Source: a virus (lineage: Duplodnaviria > Heunggongvirae > Uroviricota > Caudoviricetes > Crassvirales). From it: a stretch of DNA of 16,737 bases. Made by a program: the position numbers and the translations under genes. Under the pieces are notes generated by a model. The model did not search any database, had not been told where the DNA came from, and saw nothing but the letters and a program-made list of their open reading frames with translations. Below, one piece after another: positions 14,917-16,737 of this stretch. The DNA is taken from the IMG/VR virus record IMGVR_UViG_3300046331_000154; one strand, written 5' to 3'. How positions within the stretch are numbered: the stretch's first letter is position 1; every line of letters starts with the position of its first letter.

Positions 14917-16140
14917 ATGAACAATTTAAATATTAAAGAATTAAAAAATATTGTTAGTTATATAATTGACAACAATAACACTTTACGTGAACAAAATAAA
15001 AAAACAACTGCTGTAGAAGTAATTGGTGAATCAGGTATTGGTAAAACTTCAGCAATTATACAAATTGCACAAGAACGTAAAATGGATTTTGTAAAATTAA
15101 ATCTTGGACAACTTGAAGAATTAGGAGATTTAATTGGATTTTGCATTAAAGAATATTATATTTGTTCACCAGACGGAAAGTGTATATGGGTTGCAGAAAG
15201 TTTGTTACAAAATTATATTAAATTAGGTTATAATATTGTTGAAAACGCAAAAGTTAGAATGTCTTACGCACCACCTGAATGGGTTCCTAAAAATACTAAT
15301 CCTAATGGTGTTATATTGTGTCTTGATGATTGGACAAGAGCAGATGGTAGAATGATTACCGCCCTAATGGAAATGATTGATAGAGGTGAATATATATCTT
15401 GGTCATTACCAGATAATTGTACAATTATATTAAGTGCTAATCCAGATAATGGAGATTATAATGTATCATCGTTAGATAATGCTCAAAAAACTAGATATAT
15501 TAGTTTTGAATTAGATTTTGATAAAGATGCTTGGGCTGAATGGGCTGAGGGAGAAAAGATTAATGGTGTATGTATAAATTTTGCATTACAATATCCTGAA
15601 ATTTTTAAAAAAGAAGGAAGTGTTCAAACTGTAAATCCTAGAAGTTTAGTTACATTTTTTAATACTATTTCTGGATTAAAAGATTTTGATTCTACAGATA
15701 GTCTATATAAAATAATGTTAATTGCCAAAGGATGTTTTACATCTAAAGAAAATATTGTTGGTAATTTATTTACAATGTTTATTAACAATCGTTTACATCA
15801 ATTAATTCAACCAGAAGATATGTTATTTGACAAATGGGACACTGTTTCTAGAAAGTTAGACAAATGTATATATTCAGGTGAAAACAGTTCTTATAGAGCT
15901 GATATTGGTGCAACATTAACAACAAGATTTATTAATTATATTCAAAATTATTTTGATACAGATAAAGATGCAGATACAGCAACTGTTTGTAATAGAATAT
16001 TGGAAATTATTAATTACGATAAAATATTACTTGCGGAAGATTTAGTGTTCAATTTAATTAGAAATTTAGTTGGTAAATATCCCACTAGAACTAATAAACT
16101 ATTAATGAATCCAAAAGTAATGCAGAAAATAATAGGATAA
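14917..16140 (+). CDS. MoxR-like AAA+ ATPase
   Basis: Walker A GESGIGKT, Walker B-like LCLDDWTR, sensor-like SANP, DNAQKTR and NPRS. Abuts the vWA gene (TAAATG). Confidence 0.85.
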   Translation: MNNLNIKELKNIVSYIIDNNNTLREQNKKTTAVEVIGESGIGKTSAIIQIAQERKMDFVKLNLGQLEELGDLIGFCIKEYYICSPDGKCIWVAESLLQNYIKLGYNIVENAKVRMSYAPPEWVPKNTNPNGVILCLDDWTRADGRMITALMEMIDRGEYISWSLPDNCTIILSANPDNGDYNVSSLDNAQKTRYISFELDFDKDAWAEWAEGEKINGVCINFALQYPEIFKKEGSVQTVNPRSLVTFFNTISGLKDFDSTDSLYKIMLIAKGCFTSKENIVGNLFTMFINNRLHQLIQPEDMLFDKWDTVSRKLDKCIYSGENSSYRADIGATLTTRFINYIQNYFDTDKDADTATVCNRILEIINYDKILLAEDLVFNLIRNLVGKYPTRTNKLLMNPKVMQKIIG

Positions 16141-16143
16141 GAT

Positions 16144-16737
16144 ATGTTAAAAATATGGAAGAGAGGGAACAGTTTTTCATTAAATTGTTCATGGCAAGGA
16201 GGAAAAAGTAAAGATGATTTTACATTAACAAATATTCATCAACGGTATGGTGAACCAATTGAAAATACACCAGAAATTATAGATTTTAAAGATAAATACA
16301 ACCTTTTTAAAACTAAAAAAGTAGACATTAAAGAAGAAGATGTTATATATTTTTTTAAAGAAAGTAAATATCCAAGATTTAAATTTACATCAAATTGTAA
16401 AAATTTAAAAACAATTCAAATACCAAAAGCAACCTGGTTGGTTACACCTATGATTGAATTTTTCAGTCGTAATGCAACGGTTAATATTGGTGTAGAATGT
16501 TTATTGACAAATAGAATTTATTTTTATAATTATAACGGGAGTGTTCAAAATTCACAAAAATTAACAACATTATATAATAAATCCACAATAATTGAATCTT
16601 TTATATGTTTATTACAAGATAAATTTTTAATTCAGGGTAATAATTATAGAGAAGTTGAATGTTTACAACTTGCAAATTATAATAAATATAATGTTGATGT
16701 AATTAATGATATTTATGATAATATTGATAAATGTATT
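16144..16737 (+). CDS. Partial CDS (5' part), hypothetical protein
   Basis: ATG 3 nt after the ATPase stop; frame open to the window end (198 codons): MLKIWKRGNSFSLNCSWQGG...VIYFFKESKYPRFKF...KATWLVTP... Not in the ORF track. Confidence 0.8.
   Translation, partial: MLKIWKRGNSFSLNCSWQGGKSKDDFTLTNIHQRYGEPIENTPEIIDFKDKYNLFKTKKVDIKEEDVIYFFKESKYPRFKFTSNCKNLKTIQIPKATWLVTPMIEFFSRNATVNIGVECLLTNRIYFYNYNGSVQNSQKLTTLYNKSTIIESFICLLQDKFLIQGNNYREVECLQLANYNKYNVDVINDIYDNIDKCI

Noticed and set aside
1302-15146. Six minus-strand ORFs in the track (1302-1529, 1710-1904, 7113-7322, 11516-11779, 14632-14832, 14958-15146)
   Set aside because: All are short, lie opposite well-supported plus-strand genes, show no motifs, and have the I/F/L-rich composition expected from antisense reading of A-rich coding DNA.
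170-16140. Stop-codon reassignment (TAG or TGA), as in some crAss-like phages
   Set aside because: Long ORFs are intact under the standard code. The TAG at 9262-9264 and TGA at 13315-13317 act as ordinary stops at gene overlaps.
1-16737. tRNA genes, CRISPR arrays, long direct or inverted repeats
   Set aside because: The window is almost entirely coding. I saw no cloverleaf or repeat-spacer pattern, and the only strong hairpins belong to the intron.

Overview
AT-rich (roughly 20-25% GC by eye), densely packed, all-plus-strand segment of a tailed phage genome. The host is probably in Bacteroidota: starts lack Shine-Dalgarno motifs and have A-rich leaders, and a TAnnTTTG-type promoter is present. 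The gene content resembles crAss-like or Flavobacterium-type phages (inference). Gene order: partial ORF, DnaG-type primase, two micro-ORFs, then an amide-ligation cluster (gamma-glutamylcyclotransferase, unknown 329-aa protein, phiEco32-like COOH-NH2 ligase, class II glutamine amidotransferase, amidoligase). A degenerate UNG-like protein, HNH nuclease, RNA ligase plus PNKP, PD-(D/E)XK nuclease, degenerate dUTPase, HExxH/vWA protein, MoxR-like AAA+ ATPase and a partial ORF follow. The strongest sequence-derived result is a 1194-nt group I intron (3236-4429) whose P1-P9 pairings can be read from the sequence. It carries an HTH-LAGLIDADG homing endonuclease in loop L5 and splits the COOH-NH2 ligase immediately before its GFHIHIG motif. 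Both uracil-handling genes (ung-like, dut-like) have lost canonical catalytic motifs. All family assignments come from motif recognition, not database searches.
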